The notes beneath the pieces are model-generated. The model had not been told where the DNA came from, did no database searches, and worked only from the letters and a program-made list of their open reading frames with translations. Position numbers and translations under genes: made by a program. From Thermoplasmata archaeon (lineage in GTDB: Archaea > Thermoplasmatota > Thermoplasmata > Lutacidiplasmatales > UBA184): DNA of 64,000 nt. Numbering within the stretch: position 1 is the stretch's first letter; every line of letters begins with the position of its first letter. The stretch is from contig JASHOK010000055.1 of NCBI GenBank assembly GCA_030041175.1, positions 4,171-68,170 of the forward strand, in the 5' to 3' direction. Of this stretch, positions 48,764 through 58,389 are shown one piece after another.

Positions 48764-50091
48764 CGGGCGGGGAAGCGACCACCGCGAACGGCGTCCGCCA
48801 CGGCCAGTGCCCGAACGGTCGGCGCCACGTCGTGGGCCCGAACGACGGCGGCATTCGCCAACGCCGCGACCACCGCGGCGGCGAGGCTCCCTTCGAGCCG
48901 CTGGTCCGGCGCCGTCTCGCCGGTCGCCTTTCCGATGAGGTGCTTCCGCGACGCACCCACGACCACGGGGCGGCCCAGGCTCCGGAACTCCCCCAGGTGA
49001 CGCAACAGGTCGAGTCCCTGCTCCGGCGACTTTCCGAAGCCGATGCCGGGGTCGACCAGCAGCTGTTCGGGCGAGACCCCATCGGCTTCGGCGGTGGCGA
49101 GGGCATGCGCGAGGCCGCCGTACACCTCGGACCGGAGGTCGGCGTATTCCGTGTTGGACTGCATCGTCGCCGGCGTTCCCCGCATGTGGACGAGGATCGC
49201 CGGCGCCTCGGTCCGCGCCAGCAGCCGACGCATCTCTGCGTCTCGAAGCCCCGACACGTCGTTCACGAGGTCGGCGCCCAGGTCGAGAGCCTCCCGGGCG
49301 ACCTCGGGCTTCTGGGTGTCCACCGAGATCGGGATCGTCAACCGGTCGTGGAGCGCGGGGAGCACGGCCCGCAGGCGGACGAGCTCCTGCTCCGCCGAGA
49401 TCGGCGTGGCCCCGGGCCGACTCGATTCGGCGCCAATATCCAGGATCCGGGCCCCCTCGGTCTCGATCTCGACCCCTCGGGCGATGGCGACCTCCGGCTG
49501 GTCGAAGAGGCCTCCATCACTGAAGGAGTCGGGGGTGACGTTCAGCACGCCCATCACCGCGGTGGAGTCTCCAAGTCGGACCGACCGGTGGAGGCCCTCG
49601 ATCAGCACCGGCGAGTGGCGCGAATAGTTCTCGAGCACCGCCTCCACCGCCGAGGCGACCGACCGGAGCTGGAACGGCTGACGGCGCAGCTTCGGGACCA
49701 GGCGCGAGTACTGCGACGGCGTACCGATCAGCACCACGGTGCTCTGGGGCACGGACAGGTCGGCGACGCCCTTCGCATGGGCGGAGTCGGCTCCCAGGGC
49801 GAGCATCTCCTGCTTGAGCAGCGGAGCGGCCTTCAGGGGGATGCCGTCCAGACGTACGAGAAGGGTCCGGCCCTTGCGGGTCATGATCCCGACGCCTTCG
49901 GGGTCCGAGTCGGTTCGCTCGACCTCCCGGGCGATCTCGAGGGGGGTCGAGACCTCCAGTACCCGGGCGCCGTACCGGGCGATCAGGTCGATCGGTGCGG
50001 GGGCGCTCGCACGCGGCACAGTACCGGGAGACGCGGGTCCTTCCCAAAAGGGTGGTCCCGGCCAGGTCGGGGTCGGGATTTTCCGCGGCAA
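48703..50091 (-). CDS. folP: dihydropteroate synthase with an about 180-aa N-terminal domain of unknown function
   Basis: Pterin-binding DHPS motifs (MGVLNVTPDSFSDGG, ILDIGAESSRPG, ISVDT, LVNDVSG, DPGIGFGK). The N-terminal 180 aa have no recognised motif, and the start may be internal. Confidence 0.8.
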   Translation of the reverse strand: MPRKIPTPTWPGPPFWEGPASPGTVPRASAPAPIDLIARYGARVLEVSTPLEIAREVERTDSDPEGVGIMTRKGRTLLVRLDGIPLKAAPLLKQEMLALGADSAHAKGVADLSVPQSTVVLIGTPSQYSRLVPKLRRQPFQLRSVASAVEAVLENYSRHSPVLIEGLHRSVRLGDSTAVMGVLNVTPDSFSDGGLFDQPEVAIARGVEIETEGARILDIGAESSRPGATPISAEQELVRLRAVLPALHDRLTIPISVDTQKPEVAREALDLGADLVNDVSGLRDAEMRRLLARTEAPAILVHMRGTPATMQSNTEYADLRSEVYGGLAHALATAEADGVSPEQLLVDPGIGFGKSPEQGLDLLRHLGEFRSLGRPVVVGASRKHLIGKATGETAPDQRLEGSLAAAVVAALANAAVVRAHDVAPTVRALAVADAVRGGRFPARQLGGVPESGTSSSSTSGPT

Positions 50092-50132
50092 CCAAGGTTA
50101 AACCCCCGAGGAACCGTCCCGCCCTTTCCTCG

Positions 50133-50351
50133 ATGAAGCCGCTCGACCTCCTGCAGCAAAGCCTCCGGAAGCCGGTCCTCGTGGAGCTCCGCGGGGGCCG
50201 CCGGATCCGGGGGACGCTGGAGTCCTACGACCAGCATCTGAATCTCGTGCTGTCGGCCGCCGAGGAACAGGACCCGTCGGCGACGGCGCCGACCCCACGG
50301 CCTGGGCTGACCCTGGTCCGGGGCGATAGCGTCATCTTCATCTCCCCGTAG
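50133..50351 (+). CDS. Sm-like archaeal protein (SmAP/LSm)
   Basis: 72 aa. Sm1 and Sm2 motifs (PVLVELRGGRRIRGTLESYDQHLNLVL). Located immediately upstream of rpl37e. Confidence 0.85.
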   Translation: MKPLDLLQQSLRKPVLVELRGGRRIRGTLESYDQHLNLVLSAAEEQDPSATAPTPRPGLTLVRGDSVIFISP

Positions 50352-50377
50352 GTTCCGCCCCACGACCCGGAGCACGT

Positions 50378-50539
50378 ATGGGAAAGGGAACTCCGTCCAG
50401 CGCCGGCGGCAAGATCGTCCACTTCCGTTGCCGCCGCTGTGGGAGGCACTCGTTCCACCGGCAAAAGCGCGTGTGTTCCTCCTGCGGCTTCGGAAAGACG
50501 ACAACGCTGCGCCAGTACGACTGGGCCAAGCGCCACTGA
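50378..50539 (+). CDS. rpl37e: 50S ribosomal protein L37e
   Basis: 53-aa ORF below the track cutoff: MGKGTPSSAGGKIVHFRCRRCGRHSFHRQKRVCSSCGFGKTTTLRQYDWAKRH, with the C4 zinc ribbon typical of eL37. Confidence 0.85.
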   Translation: MGKGTPSSAGGKIVHFRCRRCGRHSFHRQKRVCSSCGFGKTTTLRQYDWAKRH

Positions 50540-50548
50540 CCGGCCGCC

Positions 50549-51112
50549 TCACGACCGGCCCCTTCGGGACCGGCCCCGAGAGACCCATCGATTCCCGCTC
50601 AGGAGAAATCGCAGTCGCCGGGTACGCCCACGGGTGACACCGATCCTGGGGGTCCGGACCACCGTTTCGTCGGGCCGGGGGCCCGGTGCGATCCGCAGCC
50701 GAGGTCCGGTGACCGCACTGACGCCGTCGTCGGCCCGGGTCAGGTCGAAGGCGCGGCAGAGGCGACCCGGGCCCTGGGTGTTTCCGAGAGCCGGGGTCAG
50801 CGGTTCTGCGGCCCGGAGCAGCACCGCTTGCCCGGGGCGCGTCGTCAGGTTGACGCAATGGACCTGGTGTATCCGGTAGACGTAGACGGTCCCGGGTCCG
50901 GCGAACATCGCCCGGTTTCGTTCGGTCCTTCCCCGATACGCGTGGCTCGCCGGATCCTTGGCGACGTAGGCCTCCGTTTCCACGATCCGGGCCACCCGCC
51001 ACCCTTGACGCACCCGCAGGATCAGCCGGGCTCCGAGCAAGTCCCGGGCGACCGCGATCGTGGACCGGTCGTACCACGAGGCCGGATACGGGTGCCGGAA
51101 CGCTCGGCGCCA
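50549..51112 (-). CDS. mpg: DNA-3-methyladenine glycosylase (AAG/Mpg family); no canonical start codon at the expected N-terminus
   Basis: VETEAYVAKDPASHAYRGRTERNRAMFAGPGTVYVYRIHQVHCVNL matches the Mpg core. The homologous region begins around WYDRSTIAVARDLLG, but no ATG, GTG or TTG lies within 15 codons upstream. The coordinates are therefore approximate. Confidence 0.6.
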   Translation of the reverse strand, partial: WRRAFRHPYPASWYDRSTIAVARDLLGARLILRVRQGWRVARIVETEAYVAKDPASHAYRGRTERNRAMFAGPGTVYVYRIHQVHCVNLTTRPGQAVLLRAAEPLTPALGNTQGPGRLCRAFDLTRADDGVSAVTGPRLRIAPGPRPDETVVRTPRIGVTRGRTRRLRFLLSGNRWVSRGRSRRGRS

Positions 51113-51138
51113 GATCCCCGCCGAGTCCCGGCCCTCGG

Positions 51139-52248
51139 TCAGAGCAGCTTTCCCCGGTCGAGCAGGGGCTTTCCGTCGAGCGCGACCGTCGCTTCGCCGA
51201 CGACGAGCCAGGCGAGGAACGGATTGGCATTCTTTCCCCCGTACTCGGTGTTGCCCCCGATGGACACGGCCACCGCACCGGCTTCGGCATCCTCGAGACG
51301 CGGGACCCCGGGATCGAGCGCGGAATTCAGCCCCAGGGAGACGAACCCGCCCCGATTCCAACCCGGCGAGACGTCCTGGGTCGCCTGCTCGAAGGCGGTG
51401 CCTCCATCGGTGAACGAACAGCTGACCATCTGGCCGCGGTCGAACTCCCACTGGCCACCCTCGATCCGGCCCATCCGGGGGAAGCTCGGCCGGTTCGCCA
51501 CCACGAGACCCGCCGCACTCTTCTCGTCGATCGCCACGGCGACGTATCCCGGCGGCGCCGCCGTCATGTTGAAGCCGGCCCGGAGGTCGGTCCCGTCCAC
51601 GACCCCGTCGTCGACCACCGGCCTCCGTCCCCGGAGGGAGAGCTTGAGGTCGGTTCCGTTCGCGGCCGTCAGATGGAGCTCCTTGCCCTTCTGTAAGCGG
51701 GCGCCGAGCCGAGCCGCGTCCCGCTTGATCCCGGGGAGGTCCGCCTGGACGGAGGCCCGGACCAGCTGTTCGCGCCAGACGCTCGGGTCGACGCGATACT
51801 CCGCGGCCACCTCATTCGAGGCGTATCCGAGCAGGGACCGGAGGCCCCGGAGATGGGCGGCCTTGGCCCGTCGGTACCATTCCCGGTTGTAGGCGACGGA
51901 CTGTCGGGCGTCTCGACCCTGAGCCCGCCACCGGGCCCGGTCCGCAGGCCCCGGGAAGAACACGTACGCCTGGGTCTTCGCGAGCGCCGCCCACTCGTGG
52001 GCGCCGACGGTGCCGAGCTCCCGCTTGGAGGCTACCTCCCAGCTCTTCCAGTAGGCGCCCTCGTCCTCGTAGAGAAGGATCGGCCGGGCTCCGCGCCGAC
52101 GGGCCTCGGCGACGCAGGCCGTGGCGTAGGGAAGGGTGTGGGTCCAGCTCTCAATGATGACGTTCTCCCCGCGCTTCACGCCGAGCGCCGGGCCGAGGAA
52201 GACGCGCGCGAGCGCCTCGGCACCGGAACCGTCGGTGGCCATGCCCAC
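51139..52248 (-). CDS. aminopeptidase, M29 (AmpS/PepS thermophilic metalloprotease) family-like
   Basis: 369 aa with an overall pattern resembling M29 aminopeptidases (GENVIIESW...PLLY N-terminal region, an acidic Glu/His/Asp-rich C-terminal half). Assigned from motif resemblance only. Confidence 0.5.
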   Translation of the reverse strand: MGMATDGSGAEALARVFLGPALGVKRGENVIIESWTHTLPYATACVAEARRRGARPILLYEDEGAYWKSWEVASKRELGTVGAHEWAALAKTQAYVFFPGPADRARWRAQGRDARQSVAYNREWYRRAKAAHLRGLRSLLGYASNEVAAEYRVDPSVWREQLVRASVQADLPGIKRDAARLGARLQKGKELHLTAANGTDLKLSLRGRRPVVDDGVVDGTDLRAGFNMTAAPPGYVAVAIDEKSAAGLVVANRPSFPRMGRIEGGQWEFDRGQMVSCSFTDGGTAFEQATQDVSPGWNRGGFVSLGLNSALDPGVPRLEDAEAGAVAVSIGGNTEYGGKNANPFLAWLVVGEATVALDGKPLLDRGKLL

Positions 52249-52267
52249 CGGGATGCGATGGCTCGGT

Positions 52268-53569
52268 TTAAAGGCGTGAGGAACGGGCGCCGCCGACTGC
52301 CCTCACCCGGCGCACGAACGCCGATGCCGTCCCCTTCCACTCGCTCCAGGCCGTGACCCAGCCTTCGATGACCGCTCCCGCATCGTCGAGACCTGGCGGC
52401 ACCTCGACGGCGGCGTTGCGGTCGGGGAACTGCTGCCGCCAGTCCTCCCGGTCCCGGGCCTTCCGGACGATCGCTTCGACTCGCCGGAGCCGGGAGAAGT
52501 CGGAAAGGTCGGCGCAGAGCGAGCGGGAGACTCCGTGCCGGTGCCATGCGCGCAGCAAGGCGTCGATCTTCTCCGGCCGGTGGCGCCGCGTTCGCCGGCC
52601 CTGCTCCAGTACGCCGTTGAAGTAGAGGAACGGCCCTCCGAGGGCGAGGGCCTCCAGCAGCGTCCGGCTCCCGGTCACGATTCGGAGCTCGGCGCCGTCG
52701 AAGGCTCGGGCCCAGTCCCGAGGACCGGTTGGGGGCTGCCGCACCCATCGGACGCCCGGTGCCTCCGGCAGTTCGAACGGCTTGGGGCCCCGGACCTCGA
52801 TCTGGAGGGGAGACCCGGCCGGAAACGGTGCGGGCCCGACCTGGGCGACACGTACCGCGAGTCGATCGGACGACGACGGGCTGGCGTACCAGACCCAGTG
52901 CCCTGGTCTCTGCGACCCTCGGGTCCGGGCCCGATCCGGCCACAGGGGGCCGGTCTGGATCGCCTCCGGAAACTCCCGCTGGAAGGCCGCAGACCGCTGA
53001 AACCCGGTGTACAGATGGAGGACGTTCACTCGGTCGAAGGCCCTCCACGTACGGTAGGCATCGTGGAAGGCCCGGATTTCTGCCGCCGCGGAACGACGAC
53101 GGACTCTGCGAGCAATCTCGGCGGCCGCGATGCCACCTTCCCGCCAGCGCTCCTGGGTCTGCCGGCGGCTCGTCCAGGTCCGTGCAAACTCTTCGAGACT
53201 CAGATGAACGACCTGATCTCGGCCGTACAGCTGCTCGAGCCGGGCCGTCTCCTCGCTCCAGGCCCCGGGCCGGCCGGAACGCTCCTGCCCCGGAGCGGCG
53301 GAGACCCCCCACCACGGCGTTACGGTGAGGGCGCGAGGGGCCCGAACCTCCGGTACCGTTACCCGTCGGACGGCCGGCCAATCCCAGGGACCGTCGACCG
53401 ATGCGGGAACCGGATGTCCCTCCAGCCGATAGAGGTTCAGCGACCAGCCGGCCCCCGAGAGGCGTCGGCCCACTGCCAGCACCTCTTCGATATCACCGAG
53501 TCCGCCTCCGACGACGGCGGGCTGGAGATAGATATCGATGCCGGAGCGCCGGCCCGGCGGGACGGTCAT
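52268..53569 (-). CDS. hypothetical protein, possible GT-B-fold glycosyltransferase-like
   Basis: 433 aa; start taken at MTVPPG (ATGA overlap with the upstream GNAT stop). The C-terminal RIVTGSRTLLEALALGGPFLYF resembles the C-terminal Rossmann half of GT-B enzymes. Weak assignment. Confidence 0.4.
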   Translation of the reverse strand: MTVPPGRRSGIDIYLQPAVVGGGLGDIEEVLAVGRRLSGAGWSLNLYRLEGHPVPASVDGPWDWPAVRRVTVPEVRAPRALTVTPWWGVSAAPGQERSGRPGAWSEETARLEQLYGRDQVVHLSLEEFARTWTSRRQTQERWREGGIAAAEIARRVRRRSAAAEIRAFHDAYRTWRAFDRVNVLHLYTGFQRSAAFQREFPEAIQTGPLWPDRARTRGSQRPGHWVWYASPSSSDRLAVRVAQVGPAPFPAGSPLQIEVRGPKPFELPEAPGVRWVRQPPTGPRDWARAFDGAELRIVTGSRTLLEALALGGPFLYFNGVLEQGRRTRRHRPEKIDALLRAWHRHGVSRSLCADLSDFSRLRRVEAIVRKARDREDWRQQFPDRNAAVEVPPGLDDAGAVIEGWVTAWSEWKGTASAFVRRVRAVGGARSSRL

Positions 53570-54513
53570 GCCGTCAGCCGATGGAGCATCGTGATGTCGT
53601 GGAACTGCTCGGAGAATCCGAGTTCCGTCAGGACCGGCAAGCGGTCGTCTTGATGGTCCGGCAGCCAGGTGATCGCCCGGGCAGCGTTCCGCTGCTCCAC
53701 CCATCGGAGGGCCGTCAGGATCGCGTCGCGAACCGCCGGCATCGGTGCCGAATCGGCAAAGAGTGGAGAGCTGAGATTCGCCGCCGCCATCAGTCGGCTG
53801 ACCGTGGCGCGGAGATAGCCCGCGGGCTGGCCGTCCACTTCCAGCACCCAGGCCTGGCTGTCGGATTCCAACACGTGCGCGGCCCCGGTCCCGACCCGAA
53901 ATTCTCGAGCGGTGCGCGGCAGGACGGCCCGGACCGCAGGGGACATTCGCCGGTTGTCGATCTCGGCAAGCCGGCGTCCGTCGGCAGGCCTAAAGGGCCG
54001 GAGATGGGCCGCGCCCGAAGGGGTCGGGAGGGGGCGACCGGCTCCGAACTCCCGTATCATCCACCGGACCTCCCGGAGCCGCCCGAACCCGGCATGTTCG
54101 TAGAGTGCGATCGCCGGCGCGTTCTGGGCGAGGACATCCAGGACCACGTTGGGACGGCGATACCGACGGCCGAAGCGCTCGCCGATCTCGAGCATCGCCC
54201 GCGCCCGACCCTGGCGGCGGAACGCCTCGTCCACGACGACGCCGGAGACATACATGCCTCCCGGTACGAAGTTCAACACCGTGGTTGCGACGATCCGGCC
54301 CTCGACCTCGTCGACTAGGATCACCACGACGGGGCGTCCCACCCAGCGGGCCAGGCGCAGAACGAGACGGATCCCGGCGCCTTCCATTCGCTGGACGACT
54401 CTGCCCACGGCCTCCGGGCGGAGCCCCACGACCGGGAACTCGTCCGTGGGATTCCGGCGCCAAAGGTCGGCGACGCCAACCCAGTCCCCTCTCCGGTACT
54501 CGCGAACGGTCAC
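53566..54513 (-). CDS. GNAT-family N-acetyltransferase (tandem GNAT-like halves)
   Basis: Acetyl-CoA-binding motif A pattern (VDEAFRRQGRARAML) and a second half ending LGF. Confidence 0.65.
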   Translation of the reverse strand: MTVREYRRGDWVGVADLWRRNPTDEFPVVGLRPEAVGRVVQRMEGAGIRLVLRLARWVGRPVVVILVDEVEGRIVATTVLNFVPGGMYVSGVVVDEAFRRQGRARAMLEIGERFGRRYRRPNVVLDVLAQNAPAIALYEHAGFGRLREVRWMIREFGAGRPLPTPSGAAHLRPFRPADGRRLAEIDNRRMSPAVRAVLPRTAREFRVGTGAAHVLESDSQAWVLEVDGQPAGYLRATVSRLMAAANLSSPLFADSAPMPAVRDAILTALRWVEQRNAARAITWLPDHQDDRLPVLTELGFSEQFHDITMLHRLTA

Positions 54514-55997
54514 GACCGCTTCCGCGACCGCGGCGATCGAGGGACCACGAACAGCTCCGCCAGCGTCGGCGGGTCGGTCCCCCGACGGACCTCCGGCGCC
54601 GGGAGCCGAGCGGGTCGGTGCAGCTCCGAGGCGGGCAGCCGGCGCCGGGCCCGGGCCAGCGAACGTTCGATCGTCGGGTCGGGGCGGGCCTGGTAGAGCC
54701 GCCCGAGTGCCTGGACGACCGCGTCGAAGATCCGGTCATGGGCGTCGCTCTGCAGCGAGATCGCGCCGTCTCCCTCGGCGAACGTGATCCGCTCGCCGAC
54801 CTGAGAATCCGGTTTCTCCAGCAGCTGGAGGAGGCCGTCTCGGCTCTCGGCGTCCCCCAGGTGGCCCAGCGCCCACACCGCCGCCAGTCGAACCTCCGGT
54901 TCGGGATCTCCGAGATGCGCCCGGATCCGAGCCAGAGCATCTACCGCGCCGAGGCGACCGAGCGCGTAGACCGCGCCCCGACGCGGCCACATCTGCCGGT
55001 CATCCAGCAGGGGGAGCAGTACGGTAGAGTCCGCGGGCACGCCGACGCCGCCCAGGCACTCGGCCGCCGCCCCCCGGACCGACCAGACCGGGTCGGCAAG
55101 ATGTTCCCGAGCCGGAGCCGCGGCGTCCGGGGACCGCAGGTCGCCCAGGGCGTGGAACGCGCAGACCCGGGCCCAACTGGTCCGGTGCGACACGAAGCCG
55201 AGGAGCGCGGGAGCTGCCGCGGGATCCCCGATCCGGCCCAGCGCCACGAGCAGCGACGGGAGGACTCGGGCGTCGGTCTCCTTGGGTAGGCGGTCGAGCA
55301 GCCACGGCACCGCCTCTCGGACCCGGCGCTCCCCCAGCCCGACGGCGGCCGCGATCCGTACGCGCACCGCGGGATCCGTGAGGAACGGACGGAGCAACGC
55401 CCCGAGGTCCGGCGGGTCCAGATGCGCCAGCGCCAGCAGCGCTTCGCGTCGCACACGATCGTTGGGGTCTCCCCGAGCCAGTCGGAGGGCCTCGACGCAG
55501 CCCGGACACCCGAGCCGGCCCAGCGCCACGGCCGCACTCCAGCGGACGACCGGGTCCTCGTCGTCCATGCACGCGATGAGCGCCGCTTCCGAGCGGTCAT
55601 CGGCGATCGCCCACAGGGCCCACGCCGCCTGTTCCCGGACCCGGGCGCTGGGATCTCGCAAGGCCCCTTCCAGCTGGACCCGGCTCCGGGCGTCTCCGAG
55701 GGCACCTAGCGCAGCGGCGGCGGAGCGTCGCACCTCCGCCTCGGAGTCCCGGAGCGCACGTTCCAGCGCCGGCCGGCTCCGATGGACCTTCAGGTGGCCC
55801 AGGCCCCATGCGGCGGCCTGCCGGAGCACCGACTCGTCATCGTCGAGCCGTTCGACCAGGCGATGCGGGTCGTCATCGCCGCCTCGTGCGATCCAGTCCC
55901 GAATCTCCCGGAGTCGTTCCGCGACCGGACGGTCGGCGCCGGAGCCCGGGGACGGGCGTCGGACCCGGGACGGCCGGGACGAACGGGCGGGGGGCAC
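54510..55997 (-). CDS. HEAT-repeat (PBS-lyase-type) protein
   Basis: More than 10 tandem repeats of about 31 aa of the form xVRxxAAxALGxLGDxxAxxxLxxxLxD. Confidence 0.75.
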   Translation of the reverse strand: MPPARSSRPSRVRRPSPGSGADRPVAERLREIRDWIARGGDDDPHRLVERLDDDESVLRQAAAWGLGHLKVHRSRPALERALRDSEAEVRRSAAAALGALGDARSRVQLEGALRDPSARVREQAAWALWAIADDRSEAALIACMDDEDPVVRWSAAVALGRLGCPGCVEALRLARGDPNDRVRREALLALAHLDPPDLGALLRPFLTDPAVRVRIAAAVGLGERRVREAVPWLLDRLPKETDARVLPSLLVALGRIGDPAAAPALLGFVSHRTSWARVCAFHALGDLRSPDAAAPAREHLADPVWSVRGAAAECLGGVGVPADSTVLLPLLDDRQMWPRRGAVYALGRLGAVDALARIRAHLGDPEPEVRLAAVWALGHLGDAESRDGLLQLLEKPDSQVGERITFAEGDGAISLQSDAHDRIFDAVVQALGRLYQARPDPTIERSLARARRRLPASELHRPARLPAPEVRRGTDPPTLAELFVVPRSPRSRKRS

Positions 55998-56076
55998 GCC
56001 GATGGCTACCGCTGGGAACCTAAGGCCGTTTTGTGCCGGCGCCGCTCGACCGCTTCGCCGCCGGCTCCGGGCCTCC

Positions 56077-58389
56077 TCACGCCAGCCCTTCCGGCCACTC
56101 TTCGAGGCGGTGCTGGTCGAGGGCCTCCGGGGAACGGTACCGGCTGGGCACCCGGTCCGCCCGCACGCCCCAGCGGGCGAGGAGCGTCGCGCGACGCACG
56201 CCCATGGGTGCGAGGAGCGTCTCCGCCGACCGGGCCAGCAGCTCCAGGTACGCGTCGGGGTCGTACGTCTCCTGACCCGTCAGCGCCTCGGCCACGACCA
56301 CGCGGTCCCGCCAGGAGCGAGCCGTCCGGTCCGCGACCAGATAGCGGACCGTTTCCCCGGGAGCGCGTACGATACCGTGATGGGCCAGCTGGCGGAGCGC
56401 TGCCACCGAATCGCTGAACGTCACGTAGGCGCCGAGTTCCTGGACGATCCGACGGGAGATCAGCAGCTCCTCGCGCGGCCAGTGACCGTCCCGGATGCGC
56501 TCGGCGAAAGCGTCGGCCCGGGCCAGCGCCCGCGGGACGGAGGCCCGGAACTCGTCCGCGTTCCGGGCGCGGCCGAACAGCTGCAGCACCTCCGCTTCGA
56601 ACCGGCGCAGCAGGATGGGGGTGTCGTGGCGGCGGGAGCCGATCCCGCGGAGCTTGAACTCTCCCGTAGAGTAGAGGCCATAGTACCGGTTCGGCACGCC
56701 GAGGCCGTGCGTCACCGCCGGCAGAAACACGATCCAGCGGTACCGACCCTCGTAGCCGAGCGGCAGGTCGAACTCGCGGCTCATCGTCTCGGCGAAGCGC
56801 TCCGGATCCGGCGGATGCGCGGGGTCGGTCGGCCGGACCCACAGCGAGTCGACGATCCCGTGGATCACCTGGTATCCGTACTCCTCGGCCCGATGCAGGA
56901 GACCAGCCAGGAGCTCGCGGGCGTAGGCGTTGATCGATTCGTGACACTCGATCCGGCCGAATCGGGCGTTCCGGTACCCCTGGTAGCCGAAGGCGGTGAC
57001 GAGGATCCACTTGAGCATCTTCACCCGGCGCTGCAGGACCTCCCGCTCCGTCGGGGAGAGGCCCCGCTGCCGGAGTTGCGCCTTGTACGCGAGGCGGCGG
57101 ACGAGGAGCGGTTCGAGCGTCCGGGGAATGAGGCCGACCCGTCGGTCACACGACCGGTACCCCAGACCGGGCGCCCGTCGCCGGGCCGACGGACAGCACC
57201 GGCAGTCGAGCGTCTCGGCCGAGAGGTTCTGCCGGACCATGATGTGCGGATAGAGGCTCGCGAAATCGAACTCGTCGACGTGGTCGTGGACGCCGACCGG
57301 GGGCAGGAAGATCACGCCGCCGCGGTCCCCGTCGAGCAGTTTCCGGCCGGACTTCCACGCCTCGGGCCGGTTCTTCTTCCACGGAATGTGCACGCCATCC
57401 TCCCGGGCATGCGCCATCTCCATCGCCGTGAAGCAGGTGCCCGGGGACTGCCGGGCCACGGTCTGGAGTGATAGCCGGGAGAGGCGGGCCGCCTCGACGA
57501 GCCCGGGCACGGAGGCATCGCCCCAGAGGAACGAGTTCCCCCGGTCGACGTGGAACCGACCCGGCAGCAGGAACGCCGCCTCCCGATGCCGGATCTGCCC
57601 GTACGTCTGGTACGAGAACGCCTCCCGGTACGGCCGGAACCGGCCCGGCTCCCGGCCCAGGAAGAAGGTCGCTTCGGTGAAGCCGGCGGCCTGGGCACGT
57701 CGGTAGAGCCACGGAATGTCGCCTCCGTCCCCGCCGTCGGTCAGCAGGAGGTCCGGATCCTGCCGGACGACCTCGTCCCGGACCTCGGCGAGGAGCGCCT
57801 CCTCCGGACCCTCGAGCGTCACCTCCCCGACCCGGACCGCCGCGATCGGTTCGGTACCGCGGATGAATCCCTCCCGCTGACATCCCTGCAGCTCGACCTC
57901 GAGCGCCGCGCCGGACAACGGCGGCAGGTCGTAGTGGATCGTCTCCGCCGGCTCGAGCGCGACAACGGCGTCGGCGCTCCACCGGATCGGCGCGAACGGG
58001 TAGAGCTGGTGCTCGAGGTGGTAGAGATGCGGCGGCGTGAGGTCGACGTCGTAGAGGTGGAACCGCGTGTATCCGCCCCGAGCATCGATCGTCGTGGCGA
58101 GGCGTCGGCGGTCCGGGTTCCGCCGCGGAACCACTCCGAGCACCCGCCGGGGCCTCCGGTCGTAGAGCGATGGCCGAAGGACCTCGAAGCCCGTCGACGC
58201 GACCCGCGGGTCGTTCGCCAGCTCCCGGGCCAGAGAGTCCAGGTCGGCGCGAGGGCCGTCGACCCAGAACGGCGGGAGGAACGGTTCCACGCGTCGGGAG
58301 ACCGCGCCCCGGACGCCGTCCTTCAGCCAGAGGACGACCGAGACGCCGTCGCGTCCGTCGGTGATGTCGAGTAGCCAGCCTTCCGCCAT
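56077..58389 (-). CDS. polB: B-family DNA polymerase homolog with divergent catalytic motifs (possibly attenuated or inactivated PolB paralog)
   Basis: Motif A DFASLYPHIMV. Motif B-like KILVTAFGYQGY. Motif C reads HGIVDS instead of YGDTDS. Exo I-like region YDVD instead of FDIE. 770 aa. Confidence 0.75.
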   Translation of the reverse strand: MAEGWLLDITDGRDGVSVVLWLKDGVRGAVSRRVEPFLPPFWVDGPRADLDSLARELANDPRVASTGFEVLRPSLYDRRPRRVLGVVPRRNPDRRRLATTIDARGGYTRFHLYDVDLTPPHLYHLEHQLYPFAPIRWSADAVVALEPAETIHYDLPPLSGAALEVELQGCQREGFIRGTEPIAAVRVGEVTLEGPEEALLAEVRDEVVRQDPDLLLTDGGDGGDIPWLYRRAQAAGFTEATFFLGREPGRFRPYREAFSYQTYGQIRHREAAFLLPGRFHVDRGNSFLWGDASVPGLVEAARLSRLSLQTVARQSPGTCFTAMEMAHAREDGVHIPWKKNRPEAWKSGRKLLDGDRGGVIFLPPVGVHDHVDEFDFASLYPHIMVRQNLSAETLDCRCCPSARRRAPGLGYRSCDRRVGLIPRTLEPLLVRRLAYKAQLRQRGLSPTEREVLQRRVKMLKWILVTAFGYQGYRNARFGRIECHESINAYARELLAGLLHRAEEYGYQVIHGIVDSLWVRPTDPAHPPDPERFAETMSREFDLPLGYEGRYRWIVFLPAVTHGLGVPNRYYGLYSTGEFKLRGIGSRRHDTPILLRRFEAEVLQLFGRARNADEFRASVPRALARADAFAERIRDGHWPREELLISRRIVQELGAYVTFSDSVAALRQLAHHGIVRAPGETVRYLVADRTARSWRDRVVVAEALTGQETYDPDAYLELLARSAETLLAPMGVRRATLLARWGVRADRVPSRYRSPEALDQHRLEEWPEGLA

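Noticed and set aside
51853-53381. Plus-strand ORFs (167 aa, 199 aa) and the minus 401-aa ORF at 52176-53381 inside the aminopeptidase/GT-like genes
   Set aside because: Alternative-frame shadow ORFs dominated by Arg, Pro and Gly. Chosen frames have better length continuity and ATGA coupling with neighbours.
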